A stretch of DNA of 63,274 nucleotides, counting the filler. It is 5 parts of 5 records of this genome, joined end to end, with 100 filler letters (N's around TTAATTAATTAA, not from the genome) between each part and the next. Parts side by side here need not be neighbours in the genome. Positions count along the whole stretch, not along the records: positions 27,671 to 57,870 come from SRR31156797_4064; positions 57,971 to 63,274 come from SRR31156797_4100; 3 more parts are not named here. One strand, 5' to 3'. Positions 50,208 to 61,028 of the stretch are shown piece by piece (within the stretch, counting starts at the first letter, position 1; the number at the start of each line of letters is the position of its first letter). A model generated the notes under the pieces. That model did no database searches and was not told the origin of the DNA. It worked only from the letters and a program-made list of their open reading frames with translations. The position numbers were made by a program, and so were the translations under genes.

Positions 50208-51986
50208 ATGATCGATTTAAGAATTCAAATCCCGGAAATATTATTAGGCAGAATCAAACTGTCTGACCTTTACGGCGCCTACACAGCGAAAAATGAGCTT
50301 GTCAGCTATAATGTTGACCTTGAGTTCGGGGAGCTTAACCTCTGTAAAAAGCTGAAAGCCTCTACTCCGAAAGAGCTTAAACGTAAGGTAGACATCACAC
50401 TTTCTAACTGGGCAAAAGATTACGAACGCCACAGCTCAAAGCTCGACCTCAACAGCAACATCGCTAAAGTCGATAAAATGAACCGTAAAATAAATGAAAA
50501 AATCCAGTCACTCGGTGAAATACTTAAAAATGCGCTCATCCGTGACCAAAAGCTTGACTGGAATTACCTTAAACAGAAAAAACCTTTTATATTCAACCTG
50601 AATAAACACGTGGAGCCTTCATCTGAAATTCACAACTTTATAGATTTTAACGAAGCGGGAAAGCCGGCATTCCTGCACACAAAATCTATGCACTGCCAGC
50701 CGGACAAAGATAGGATAGCTAACAACTACAGCATCACTGAGAAATTCTTCCACAGTAATGACATACAGAAAGAATATGACAAAAAAATGGCGGAATGGGA
50801 AGAAGAGAAAAAACTATTAGACATAGAAAACAGAGAGCGGACAGACATATACAACGGTCTTATGAAAGCTTATGAAGCTGACAAGTGGAAACACGACAAA
50901 GAAGAGGAAGGTAAGGCGAAAATCCTAGAGTCCCTTAAAATCCGCTGCCTGAAAAATGACGTTGATGCTATAGAGAAATATTTCGACAAAATTATAAATG
51001 CATCCCCCTACACCGATGAGTTTCCCAGTAACTGGAAGCTTGAATATAACCCTGAGAATAAATCACTCATATTCCAGATGTATCTGCTCACTCCGTCAGA
51101 CATACCGAATGTCAGGTCATACGAGTACATCAAGTCACGTGATGCAATTGCTGAAAACAAACTGAACTACTCAGCCCGATATAAGATTTATGACAGTGCG
51201 ATTTATCAAACCTGCATCAGAGCCATTTATGAAATATTCGAATCAGATATTACTAACTTTGTTCAGTCAATGATATTTAACGGCTCCGTGACCCTGCGTA
51301 ACTCTGAAACAGGCGAAGTGAGCGATATTACTATAGTATCCATCTCAACCACTAAAAAAGCATTCGGGGAACTGGACTTAGCTAACACCTATCCTGAAGA
51401 CATCTTCAAAATGCTTAAGGCGACTTGCGGTGCAAACCTCCACGAGCTGACACCTGTTAAGCCTATCGCTCTCCCGAAGGCTAGACCGAAGCAGGAATAC
51501 ATCAATGTTTACGACGACCCTGACGCACGGGCTGACCTTATCACCCTCCCTTGGGAGCACTTCGACCAGCTTGTGAGAGATACTTTCGCCAAAGAATTTT
51601 CGTCCGAGGGGATAGAGGTCAACATTATCCACTCCAGCGAAGAGGCGGGGATTAACGCTACAGTGATCGACCCAGACCCTATGCGTGGAGGAAAACTTGT
51701 CATCCAGATGATCAGGACATCAGAAGCCGTGAGTGTCGTAGCCGTCAGCGAGCTTTACGAACTACTGTTAGAAGAGGAAGCAGACAAGGGGATATTACTC
51801 ACCACAACAGACTATGATGTTGATTCCTACGATTATATCAAAGGGAAACCTATCACTCTTTTGAGAGCAGATGACCTGCTTACACTTTTTGAGAAACACG
51901 GGTTTAAAGTTCAAATCATACTCGAACCGGAAGAGGAAAAATCTGACAATCTATTCGATTTTATTAGAAATAACCGACTTTCTTAG
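50208..51986 (+). CDS. Mrr-like restriction endonuclease family protein with degenerate catalytic motif
   Basis: C-terminal Mrr_cat-like region (WEHFDQLVRDTF..DPDPMRGGKLVIQ..KGILLTT..KPITL); DGGVD reads EAGIN and QAKRY reads QMIRT. Confidence 0.78.
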   Translation: MIDLRIQIPEILLGRIKLSDLYGAYTAKNELVSYNVDLEFGELNLCKKLKASTPKELKRKVDITLSNWAKDYERHSSKLDLNSNIAKVDKMNRKINEKIQSLGEILKNALIRDQKLDWNYLKQKKPFIFNLNKHVEPSSEIHNFIDFNEAGKPAFLHTKSMHCQPDKDRIANNYSITEKFFHSNDIQKEYDKKMAEWEEEKKLLDIENRERTDIYNGLMKAYEADKWKHDKEEEGKAKILESLKIRCLKNDVDAIEKYFDKIINASPYTDEFPSNWKLEYNPENKSLIFQMYLLTPSDIPNVRSYEYIKSRDAIAENKLNYSARYKIYDSAIYQTCIRAIYEIFESDITNFVQSMIFNGSVTLRNSETGEVSDITIVSISTTKKAFGELDLANTYPEDIFKMLKATCGANLHELTPVKPIALPKARPKQEYINVYDDPDARADLITLPWEHFDQLVRDTFAKEFSSEGIEVNIIHSSEEAGINATVIDPDPMRGGKLVIQMIRTSEAVSVVAVSELYELLLEEEADKGILLTTTDYDVDSYDYIKGKPITLLRADDLLTLFEKHGFKVQIILEPEEEKSDNLFDFIRNNRLS

Positions 51987-52085
51987 CATGACAACTTGAT
52001 TTCTCACAAAGTTCAGTTATACTAAATTCCGTATTTCTGTTTTTACACATAATACATTATTATTTCATTTATTCAGGAGGTCTGA

Positions 52086-53420
52086 ATGGAAACATTAGAC
52101 GCTTTGATCGGAAAGGTGAATGCATTTGCGTGGGGTCCGCCGATGCTTATTCTCCTTGTGGGTACAGGTTTCTGGCTCACTTTAAACCTTAAAGGACTCC
52201 AGTTCACAAAACTTTTCCACGCTTTATATCTCGCTCTTATCAAAAGACATGAAGATGGTGACGAGGCTGGAGACATCTCACATTTCCAAGCACTTATGAC
52301 AGCTATGGCTGCCACAGTCGGTACAGGTAACATCGCTGGCGTGGCGACAGCCATCGCTATAGGCGGACCGGGGGCACTCTTCTGGATGTGGATAACCGGA
52401 CTTGTGGGCATGGCAACAAAATACTCAGAGGCTATCCTCGCTGTTAAGTATCGTGAAACAGACGAAAACGGCGAAATGTGCGGCGGACCTATGTATTACA
52501 TATCAAAAGGTCTCGGCATGCCTTGGCTCGGTACTGTCTTTGCAATATTCGCAGCGGCGGCGGCATTCGGTATTGGTAATCTTGTTCAGGCGAACTCTGT
52601 TGCTGATGCTGTTGAGGCTACTTTCGGAATACCTTTCTGGATTTCAGGTCTTACTATGATGATCTTCTCTGCGATAGTTATCCTAGGCGGAATCAAGTCC
52701 ATTGCTAAGGTAACAAGCCTCCTTGTACCTATTATGGTGGTTTTTTATATCATTGCGGCTATGTACATCATCATCGCTAACATAGGCGAAGTTCCATCGG
52801 CACTTATATTCATAGTGAAGCAGGCTTTCAGCCCAACAGCCGCTGTGGGTGGTTTCGCTGGTTCGACAATAATGATGGCTATCCGCTTCGGTGTTGCACG
52901 TGGTGTATTCTCTAACGAATCCGGTCTCGGTAGCGCACCTATCGCAGCAGCGGCAGCTAAGACTAAAGACCCGGCTACTCAGGCGCTTGTGTCCATGACT
53001 CAAACTTTCATCGACACCATCATCGTCTGCACAATGACAGGTCTTGTCCTCATACTCACCGGTGCATGGTCGAACGGTCAGACTGGTGCTGAGCTCACCA
53101 CTACAGCTTTCCAGATGGGAATCCCTGGCGGAGCATATATAGTGACGATAGGAATCATCCTGTTCGCTTACTCCACTGTTCTCGGATGGTGCTACTACGG
53201 CGAAAAGTCTATGGAATACCTTTTAGGTGTTAAGGCTGTTCTGCCGTACAGAATAGTTTTTGTTCTCGCTATCGGCGTTGGCGCAATCTCTAAACTGAGC
53301 TTAGTCTGGAATATTTCCGACACACTCAATGGACTTATGGCTATACCAAACCTTATCGGTTTGCTTTTCCTAACACCTGTTGTAGTTCAGGAAACAAAGA
53401 ATCATTTTCAAAATAAATAA
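52086..53420 (+). CDS. Alanine/glycine:cation symporter (AGCS family)
   Basis: [42 protein letters not shown]. Confidence 0.96.
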   Translation: METLDALIGKVNAFAWGPPMLILLVGTGFWLTLNLKGLQFTKLFHALYLALIKRHEDGDEAGDISHFQALMTAMAATVGTGNIAGVATAIAIGGPGALFWMWITGLVGMATKYSEAILAVKYRETDENGEMCGGPMYYISKGLGMPWLGTVFAIFAAAAAFGIGNLVQANSVADAVEATFGIPFWISGLTMMIFSAIVILGGIKSIAKVTSLLVPIMVVFYIIAAMYIIIANIGEVPSALIFIVKQAFSPTAAVGGFAGSTIMMAIRFGVARGVFSNESGLGSAPIAAAAAKTKDPATQALVSMTQTFIDTIIVCTMTGLVLILTGAWSNGQTGAELTTTAFQMGIPGGAYIVTIGIILFAYSTVLGWCYYGEKSMEYLLGVKAVLPYRIVFVLAIGVGAISKLSLVWNISDTLNGLMAIPNLIGLLFLTPVVVQETKNHFQNK

Positions 53421-53427
53421 TCTTTTC

Positions 53428-53456
53428 GGGGCATGCTTTATGTGTGCCCCTATTTT
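53428..53456 (+). terminator. Intrinsic terminator
   Basis: GGGGCAT..GTGCCCC-TATTTT. Confidence 0.7.
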
Positions 53457-53538
53457 CACGCATATAAAATTAACCATAGACACTTTCTAAACCTTATCAT
53501 ATTATAATATGCAGAAATTCAGATATAGGAGACGTGTA

Positions 53539-53877
53539 ATGCTTCAAATTACCGACATAGCTCGTGACAAGTTAAACGAAGTCATGAAAGATCACGAGGG
53601 CAAATTCCTCCGTATCGTAACACAAGGTTACGGCTGAGGCGGTCCTCAACTTAGTATGGCTCTGGATGAGCTATCAAACGAAAATGAAAAATATACTGTA
53701 AACGGAATCGATGTTCTCATCGGTGAAGATGTTCGCGAATACGCAGAAGGAAGTCAGCTCGATTTTATCGATGACCAGAGAGGGCAAGGTTTTGTTCTCG
53801 GACCTGTAGACGGCGGCGACAGCTGTTGCGGTGGTGCAGAAGATAGTGATTGTGGTGATAGCTGCTGCGGCGGTTAA
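53539..53877 (+). CDS. HesB/IscA-like selenoprotein (112 aa, Sec at codon 33)
   Basis: RBS AGGAGA, ATG 53539: MLQITDIARDKLNEVMKDHEGKFLRIVTQGYG-TGA(53635-37)-GGPQLSMALDE.. continues in frame into the track ORF 53656-53877; TGA falls at the HesB GxG(C/U)GGP Cys position. Confidence 0.88.
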
Positions 53878-53937
53878 TTAGCAAATAAATCAACATATAA
53901 AGGCTCCTTTTGTGAAAGCATCAGGGGTCTTTTTGTT

Positions 53938-55542
53938 TTAAAATCCTGAGATACTAGCCTGATCACGTCCGCTACTTTTCGCATTATAAAGAGCGGCATC
54001 AGCACGCATAAACCATTCATCAAAGGATTCACCCAGCCTGTACTCAGCTATCCCAAGACTAGCGGTAACAACTCCGACCTCCGCCATTGGATTATTCCGA
54101 AGCTCATTTAATATCGTATCAGCAAGGATGCCAGCCTGAGATTTATTAGTGCTCGCAGTTAATATAAGGAACTCTTCACCGCCCCACCTGGCAAGGCTGT
54201 CTACTTCTCTGATATTATTTTTCAATAGATCAGCGACATATTTAAGGACATTATCCCCTACCTGGTGCCCAAACTTATCATTAACAGCTTTAAAGAAATC
54301 GAGGTCTATCACTATAATACTGACAGGCTCATCAAACCTCTTGCACCTCTCCATCTCTTTATAGATAACCTGCTCTATACCTCTTCTATTTGAAAGCCCA
54401 GTAAGCGGATCAGTAAGAGACAGCTGCTCTAGCTTAGTGTTGGTTGTCTGCATAACTTTAAAACGGTAAAAAAGCAGAAAGAGCATGGTCACTACGACCA
54501 CAGATACAACAGAAACAGTGATCTCATTCTTATATATGCTAAAAGGGCTCTCAACTATATTAATAACATTCGCCTCAGATGGTAAGCGATGAACATCCAG
54601 CCCCCACTTCAGCATCAGCTCATGATCGTAAACGTCCAAATTACTGCTCTTATAACTACTCGCTACCGGTTTGCCTGCCATATTTTTTATAATTATATCA
54701 GCCGCTAGTCGCCCCTCGCCTCTTCCGGATATCATATGACCGCCGACTATGCCTGTCCCCATCAATGTTTCCCAGTGGCTGAATATAGGCGCATCCGCCA
54801 CCTTTACTATCTTAGAGAGGATGCTTCGGGGAGTCGCATAACCTCCGTCTACGCCTTTAAAGGTGAGGAGATAGACGATTATGGAATCATCAGGCAAATC
54901 AGAAAGCACCTCAAGGGTTTCCTTAAGCGGTTTGTCTATAAGGAAAGTCGCCGCTACACCGAGGTCATCTATAGCCTTTTCAGCCTGCCTGAGCCTAACA
55001 GCATCATTATAGCTGTTATTATCTATAACTATATATATGTTTGACGGTCTAGCGATCCGGTTAGCCTCTAATATGCACCTGTATACATCTGGCTTCATAA
55101 TAATGCTTACTACATCATCACGAGCAGGTGCTTTAACTTCCTTCCCTTTTGATGGTGACTGATAGAGTATCTTCTTAGCATCACCAAAAAGTCCGAGATT
55201 ATTACTGACAAATACAGTAGCTGCCTTATTATCTGCTACAACGTAATCAACATCTATGCCGTCATACTTTGTTGAGATATATTTTTTGAAGTGCGGGAGT
55301 CTCTCATCATACGAAAATCGACCAACATCCATAAACTCACGGTAAAACCTTACGCCACGGCGCCCGGCTCCTTTAAGCCTTTTCAAAAACGCAGAGTCGA
55401 AATCAACCGACCAGGGCAGATCCTGATGCCACGAGTGGATTATTAATATATTTATACGCTCAGCTCGCTTTTCAGCAGATAAAGACGCTGTCGTAAAAGA
55501 GAAAAATAAAATAGCAACGAGCAGGATATGATGCAGTTTCAC
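53938..55542 (-). CDS. Diguanylate cyclase with periplasmic ABC-binding-like sensor domain
   Basis: Signal peptide, TM, TDPLTGLSNRR, DLDFFKAVNDKFGH..GD, RWGGEEF. Confidence 0.93.
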   Translation of the reverse strand: MKLHHILLVAILFFSFTTASLSAEKRAERINILIIHSWHQDLPWSVDFDSAFLKRLKGAGRRGVRFYREFMDVGRFSYDERLPHFKKYISTKYDGIDVDYVVADNKAATVFVSNNLGLFGDAKKILYQSPSKGKEVKAPARDDVVSIIMKPDVYRCILEANRIARPSNIYIVIDNNSYNDAVRLRQAEKAIDDLGVAATFLIDKPLKETLEVLSDLPDDSIIVYLLTFKGVDGGYATPRSILSKIVKVADAPIFSHWETLMGTGIVGGHMISGRGEGRLAADIIIKNMAGKPVASSYKSSNLDVYDHELMLKWGLDVHRLPSEANVINIVESPFSIYKNEITVSVVSVVVVTMLFLLFYRFKVMQTTNTKLEQLSLTDPLTGLSNRRGIEQVIYKEMERCKRFDEPVSIIVIDLDFFKAVNDKFGHQVGDNVLKYVADLLKNNIREVDSLARWGGEEFLILTASTNKSQAGILADTILNELRNNPMAEVGVVTASLGIAEYRLGESFDEWFMRADAALYNAKSSGRDQASISGF

Positions 55543-56260
55543 GCGTTCCCCAGTGTTTATTTATTATAATTATTATACCTTTATCGACACTTATTCATAC
55601 ATCAAAATTTAATCTCAAAGTTCACCACACACAAACCTACCTCTTAAGTCATTGATATGCTTTACTATTACAAAAACAATACCCTGAAACCGGATTCTCA
55701 AACTCCTATTCTTTTCAAGACGATAAAGGTACAGTTTAATTTTATACCACTGGTTTAAAAAATTTTTTTTCATATCACTCCGTAATTTTCTATAGAAGTA
55801 AACTAATTTGATCGCCTATAAAATTTAGCTTCTATGGTATGCGATTTACAAACTTCTTTTTTAAATCAGAATTACGCCTATATTAACAACTGTTTACAAA
55901 AGTACAAAAATAGTTGATTTTCATAACTATTAACTCAACTTTTCTTATAGTGCAAAAGTGTATTTATATTAAACATACAATAAAAGTCAGTTTATTAATT
56001 ATAAACTCGCTTTTTGTTAATTTTACTAATCCATAAACCATTAATAAATATGGATTTTAATAGCAAAATTTATTTTGTAACTATTTAGAAAAATTTATTC
56101 ACTTATATAAAAATAAAACGCCAATATACTTCATATCAGGCATTTCATTTTATAAATACGTTTGATAATGAACAAACAATAAATTGACTTATCTTTTCTT
56201 CTTGAACTAAATATTAAAATGTAATATTTAACATATGAAAAAAAATTGGCGGAGGTAGTG

Positions 56261-57724
56261 ATGCCACACAGAAAAAAGAGTTACAAGGAAGCCCGCCTTC
56301 CTAAATGCTCATTCGATTCCAGAGCAGCGTATCTGGAGCACGAACTAAGTATTATGTCCCCTAAGAGATGGGGTCTGAATTTGCCTGTAAGAGATTTCAA
56401 CTTTGAAATAGAGGACTTCGTTCCGGCTCTCGCAGCTACAATTGGTAAGATTGTTATGGTTTCAGCTGTTGTTGCAGCTTTTGCTGATCGCTACGGTTTA
56501 TCCCAAGCTTTCATCATTGAAAACACAAGATTCGAAATGCTCATTGCGGCTGTTCTTTTCGTTATCCTTTTCTCCGGTGTTCTTAACCCGCTTTCAAACC
56601 TTGCCGGAACACACGGACCAATGATCCCTATGATTCCACTTATCGTTGCTGCTGGTGGTCACCCGCTCGCGCTTGGTGTAATGGTTGGTTTCTTTGGAGT
56701 CTTGCTAAGTGTCACCAAGGGTGGCTCGAAACTCGTAACACTGACAGGAGTCGGCGTTCGAGGGGGGCTTCTCATATACCTTGGAGCCGTCGGACTCATT
56801 AGTCAGGTAAAAGCCCTGACAGCGTGGGCGGCGAGCATAAACCTGCCGCACGTTTCATTTGCTGTAATCTTTTCAACTATCCTTATATATGCGTACCTCG
56901 CAAAGGTACAGATGAGATGGCTAGCTATACCTGTAGGCTCACTTGTTGCACTACTTGTCGCACTTGCTCTCGGCGCACCGCTTAATTTCGTTACTGAGCC
57001 TGGTCTTCCGCACCTCAGCCCAATGTACTGGTGGGGCGAAACCACAGGATGGAAGATGGGTCTTCCTGATGTAAGCCAATTCATCGCAGTTACACCATTT
57101 GCTATCCTTGCGGTTGCAATGTGGTCTCCTGACTTCCTCGGACACAGAGTATTCCAGGAGCTTAACTACCCTAAAAAAGCTGACAGAGTCCTTATGAATG
57201 TTGACGATACAATGGCTGTCTGTTCACTCAGACAGATCATCGGTACAGCACTTGGCGGCGGTAACCTCGCCTCCTCATGGGGAACATACATGATTCCTGC
57301 TGCTATCGCTAAGCGTCCGATCCCTGCTGGTGCGATCCTCACGGGTATCCTCTGCATACTTGCAGTTGTAATCGGCTACCCTATGGACCTCGCTGTATGG
57401 CCGCCGGTACTTAGAGTTGCTCTTCTTGTTGGTGTTTTCGTACCACTCCTCGAAGCTGGTATGCAGATGATCAAGACGACAAACCACTCTCAGTCTGCTG
57501 GTATATGCCTTTTCGCTTCAGCTCTCGTTAACCCTGTATTCGGCTGGTCACTCACCATGCTTCTTGATAACACAGGGCTCATCGGAGACTTCCAGCGTAA
57601 GAAAGACCTTCACCGTATCGACAGAATTTTTATCCCGCTCACTGCATTCATCATATGCGTAGGCTCAATGGCGATGGTAGGAATGCTTCCGGGCATCCCA
57701 GCTATCATCCCTACATTCAGATAA
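56261..57724 (+). CDS. DUF3360 family membrane protein (putative transporter)
   Basis: YLEHELSIM.PKRW.LNLP.RD..FEIED.VPA, NLAGTHGP, WSPDFLGHRVFQELNYP; ATG 56261 after GGAGG. Confidence 0.85.
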   Translation: MPHRKKSYKEARLPKCSFDSRAAYLEHELSIMSPKRWGLNLPVRDFNFEIEDFVPALAATIGKIVMVSAVVAAFADRYGLSQAFIIENTRFEMLIAAVLFVILFSGVLNPLSNLAGTHGPMIPMIPLIVAAGGHPLALGVMVGFFGVLLSVTKGGSKLVTLTGVGVRGGLLIYLGAVGLISQVKALTAWAASINLPHVSFAVIFSTILIYAYLAKVQMRWLAIPVGSLVALLVALALGAPLNFVTEPGLPHLSPMYWWGETTGWKMGLPDVSQFIAVTPFAILAVAMWSPDFLGHRVFQELNYPKKADRVLMNVDDTMAVCSLRQIIGTALGGGNLASSWGTYMIPAAIAKRPIPAGAILTGILCILAVVIGYPMDLAVWPPVLRVALLVGVFVPLLEAGMQMIKTTNHSQSAGICLFASALVNPVFGWSLTMLLDNTGLIGDFQRKKDLHRIDRIFIPLTAFIICVGSMAMVGMLPGIPAIIPTFR

Positions 57725-57820
57725 TAGTGCCTAGCTACAAGCTAATATAAACCTTAAAAGATAGGCACACGCCCAAGGCGTTCGGTAAACGTGCTGTTTT
57801 TTTTGAAGATGAGATGAGAA

Positions 57821-57860
57821 AATCCCCGGTGTTAGTAATGACATCGGGGATTATTTGTTT
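57821..57860 (+). terminator. Intrinsic terminator
   Basis: AATCCCCGGTGT..ACATCGGGGATT followed by a T-rich tail. Confidence 0.7.
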
Positions 57861-57870
57861 ATGGAAGATA

Positions 57871-57970
57871 NNNNNNNNNNNNNNNNNNNNNNNNNNNNNN
57901 NNNNNNNNNNNNNNTTAATTAATTAANNNNNNNNNNNNNNNNNNNNNNNNNNNNNNNNNNNNNNNNNNNN
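57871..57970. other. Artificial contig-joining spacer
   Basis: Same linker. Confidence 0.97.
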
Positions 57971-58859
57971 CGCGTTTGCCACCGCTTTCGATAAAGCGGA
58001 TCGCCGCTTCCATTTTCGGCCCCATGCTACCTTCAGGAAAATGCCCTGCATCAAGAAGATCGCGGGCTTCCGAAATGGTAATACGGTCGAGTTCCCGCTG
58101 GTCGGGTTTGCCGAAATTGACAGCGACGCGGGATACTGCCGTTAAGATCATTAAATCCTCAATACCGAGCACGTTGGCCATGTGGGCGCTTGTCAAATCC
58201 TTGTCGATGACGGCTTCGACGCCGGTTCTAACACCGTGTTCGTCACGAACAACAGGAATTCCGCCGCCACCGCCTGCGATGACGACGGTGCCGCGCCGAG
58301 CCAGTGCTTCAACCAACGAAATGTCACAAATATGCTTTGGATGCGGCGAAGCCACAACCATACGCCAACCGCGCCCGGCATCCTCGCGCATGGTCCACCC
58401 CATCTGGTCGGCCAGTCCCTTGGCCTCTTCTTCATTATAGAAGTAGCCGACAGGTTTGGTTGGATTTGCAAAACCCGGATCGTTAGGATCTACCTCAACC
58501 TGCGTCACCAACCCAACAACATGACGGGAGTTTCCCTCCTCGCGAAGAGCATTTTCGAACGCCTGCATCAGAATATAGGCGGTGGCGCCCTGAGTATTGG
58601 CGACACAGATGTCCAGGCTCATGGGTACGACCTTGTGTCGGGCCAAAGCTTGACGCATCAATACCTTGCCGACACCGGGACCATTACCGTGCGTGATGAT
58701 CAATTGGTTGTCGAGTTTCAGGAGCGGCAGGAGCGCACGCGCCGTTTCGGCGGCAATCTCGACCTGTTCTTCCGACGTGCCCTTGATGCCAGCTGGATGA
58801 ATGGCGTTGCCGCCTACGGCGACAATTAGCCTATTCGGAATCCGTTTGTTTTCAGTCAC
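57971..58859 (-). CDS. arcC: Carbamate kinase, 3'-truncated
   Basis: VAVGGNA, THGNGP, NPTKPVG, GGGGIPV, EAVIDKD, GSMGPKMEAA. Confidence 0.95.
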
Positions 58860-58902
58860 GTTAGATACTCCATATATTAGGCGTTTTTAATATTAGGCGT
58901 TT

Positions 58903-59946
58903 TTACGCCTTTATTTCTCCGTAGTTCCCGTTGGCATCATCGGGAAACGCTCCAAACAGCCGAGATATTTCACTGGGACCGAGACTGACCGCGAGTGCAA
59001 AAGATAGGAGATGTGCGGATTTTTGCGGGTTCAGGAACCCAGCAGCAACAACATTCGGTTCGATAGCAAGGTCGTGCGTATCGGGAAGCACAGTGACGCC
59101 GCCCACCCTTGAAGAAACGACAACAAGAACTCCTTCACGGGCCATACGCGACAGCAGTTTGACCATAGGCGCTGGCATATGCCCGCATCCATAGGCGGCG
59201 ATCACCAATCCCCTGCTGTCGGTTTGTTCGCATTGCGCCAATAAGCCGTTCATTCCCCTGCCATACAAGTAAGCAATTCCGACGTCCGGCAATTCTCTCT
59301 TACCCTGAACCTGATCGAAGAAACGACCGGCCAACGGTGATTTCACTGGCGGGGAGTAAAAAGTCAGACGCCTGCCGGTCACGCGACCGATTGGCCCGGA
59401 GGGGTAAGCCTCAAAAGCCTGAACCGGCAGTGACGCCGTCTTGACCACCTGTATCCCGGGCAATACGAGATCGTTCATGGTGACAAGCACGCCACGACCA
59501 ATTGTCTCGGGCGCGACGGCAACCCGCACGGCCTGAAATAGGTTTGCCGGACCGTCCGCGCCCAAGGCCGTCGCTGCCCGCATGGAGCCGGTCATCACAA
59601 CCGGCTTATCGATTTGGCATCCGAGTTCGAGGATGAACGCCGCTTCTTCCATCGTATCCGTGCCATGGGTGACGACCACACCATCAATCCCGTCATCGTC
59701 AACCGCGGCCTGAACCCGGCGAGCCAGCACCCGCCAATCATCCGGGCCAAATTCGCCCGACTGTCGATCGAATAGCGTTTCGGCAGTCAATTCCGCAATA
59801 TCTTCAATACCCGGAACAGCTGCCAGCAGGCCGGCCGCATCAACGCATCCTGCCTTATAGGAGGCCTCGGTGGGAGAGGCACCGGCACTGGATATGGTTC
59901 CACCGGTGCCGATCACCAGAATGCGAGGCTTGATTGCCATCACCAC
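58903..59946 (-). CDS. L-asparaginase family amidohydrolase
   Basis: GTGGTIS, VVTHGTDTMEE, PVVMTGSMR, DGPANL, LNPQKS. Confidence 0.92.
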   Translation of the reverse strand: MVMAIKPRILVIGTGGTISSAGASPTEASYKAGCVDAAGLLAAVPGIEDIAELTAETLFDRQSGEFGPDDWRVLARRVQAAVDDDGIDGVVVTHGTDTMEEAAFILELGCQIDKPVVMTGSMRAATALGADGPANLFQAVRVAVAPETIGRGVLVTMNDLVLPGIQVVKTASLPVQAFEAYPSGPIGRVTGRRLTFYSPPVKSPLAGRFFDQVQGKRELPDVGIAYLYGRGMNGLLAQCEQTDSRGLVIAAYGCGHMPAPMVKLLSRMAREGVLVVVSSRVGGVTVLPDTHDLAIEPNVVAAGFLNPQKSAHLLSFALAVSLGPSEISRLFGAFPDDANGNYGEIKA

Positions 59947-59964
59947 CCGCCTTCGCCCGCCAAA

Positions 59965-60993
59965 CTACCCTGCACCAACGATATTGGCGAGCAGCGACAT
60001 CCGCAGCGCAACCGAAAAGCCGATTGCCTTGAAGTACAGCTGATGCGGGCTGTCATCGATGGCAAAGTCGAATTCACCTTGGTTACGGGGCAGCGAATGA
60101 GTGATGCCGACGATTTTGCCGGTTTTTTTCTCGATCTTCTGAAGACCTTCGAGGGTGAAATAGTATTCCGCCATCTTCTTAAGGAATTCATCACGGCCCG
60201 GGTCACCCTTTTTCACCGAGCAGCCCGGCAGGTAGACAAGATCCACTCCTTCATCGGCGATCATCTCTTCATGCTGGGCGATGGTCAGATCATTGACCTC
60301 GGTGAAATTGGCATTCATGGCCTTCAGCTTTTCACGAATTACGTCGGGCGTTTCGAGACCGGTCGTGCCGGAATAGATGATTTTGGCACCCATGCGAGCC
60401 AGACCGAGACCAAAGGACTGTCCGGAACGCGCCCGCGACAGATCCGGCGTCGCGATCATTACGGTCATTTTGCTGAAATCACCGCCGAATGCACGATAGG
60501 CGGTATACATGTCGAGCAGGCCTTGAGTCGGATGGGTGACGTTCCCATAGCCGCCGCTGATGATCGGAACTGACTTGTCGCCCAATGCAGCGACTTCATC
60601 GGCGATTGCGTCATCCGGATGGCGCAACACGATAACGTCGGCATATTCCGATGTGACGATGAGCGCGTCAGCCAGGGATTCGCCCTTCGCCGCAGACGAA
60701 CTGACCAGGGGATTTGATTCCGTGATGACGTTTCCGCCCAAACGGTACATGGCGGTTTCATGGCTAAACCGCGTGCGGGTGCTGGGCTGGAAAAACTGTG
60801 TGCACAGAACCTTGCCTTCCAGTAGCGGAACGCGGTTGCGGTAATAAGGTTCGAGCATCTCGGCGGTCTTGAAGATGTTCGCCAGTTCTTCCTGCGAATA
60901 ATCATCGATGAAGATCAAGTGCCGGCCTTTGATGCCGGTGCGCTCGATCTGCTTACAAATGTCACGGGGTGCAAAATCGGCAGTCAATGCCAT
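59965..60993 (-). CDS. Pseudo-ATCase carbamoyltransferase, likely ureidoglycine carbamoyltransferase
   Basis: FFQPSTRTRFS, AKGESLAD, HPTQ, HSLPR; altered aspartate-site region (PDLSRARS); flanked by allE/allA and carbamate kinase. Confidence 0.75.
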   Translation of the reverse strand: MALTADFAPRDICKQIERTGIKGRHLIFIDDYSQEELANIFKTAEMLEPYYRNRVPLLEGKVLCTQFFQPSTRTRFSHETAMYRLGGNVITESNPLVSSSAAKGESLADALIVTSEYADVIVLRHPDDAIADEVAALGDKSVPIISGGYGNVTHPTQGLLDMYTAYRAFGGDFSKMTVMIATPDLSRARSGQSFGLGLARMGAKIIYSGTTGLETPDVIREKLKAMNANFTEVNDLTIAQHEEMIADEGVDLVYLPGCSVKKGDPGRDEFLKKMAEYYFTLEGLQKIEKKTGKIVGITHSLPRNQGEFDFAIDDSPHQLYFKAIGFSVALRMSLLANIVGAG

Positions 60994-61028
60994 AACTAAT
61001 TTCCTTCCATTCCAACGGTTCCAGCCGA

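Noticed and set aside
53656-53877. 73-aa track ORF as a stand-alone gene
   Set aside because: It is the C-terminal part of the UGA-readthrough HesB-like protein starting at 53539.
58874-58905. 16-bp tandem duplication ATATTAGGCGTTTTTA x2
   Set aside because: Real, but most simply a slippage duplication in a short intergenic spacer; no evidence of function.
59965-60993. Biosynthetic pyrB call
   Set aside because: The aspartate-site region is altered and the context is ureide catabolism with carbamate kinase; no pyr genes are nearby.
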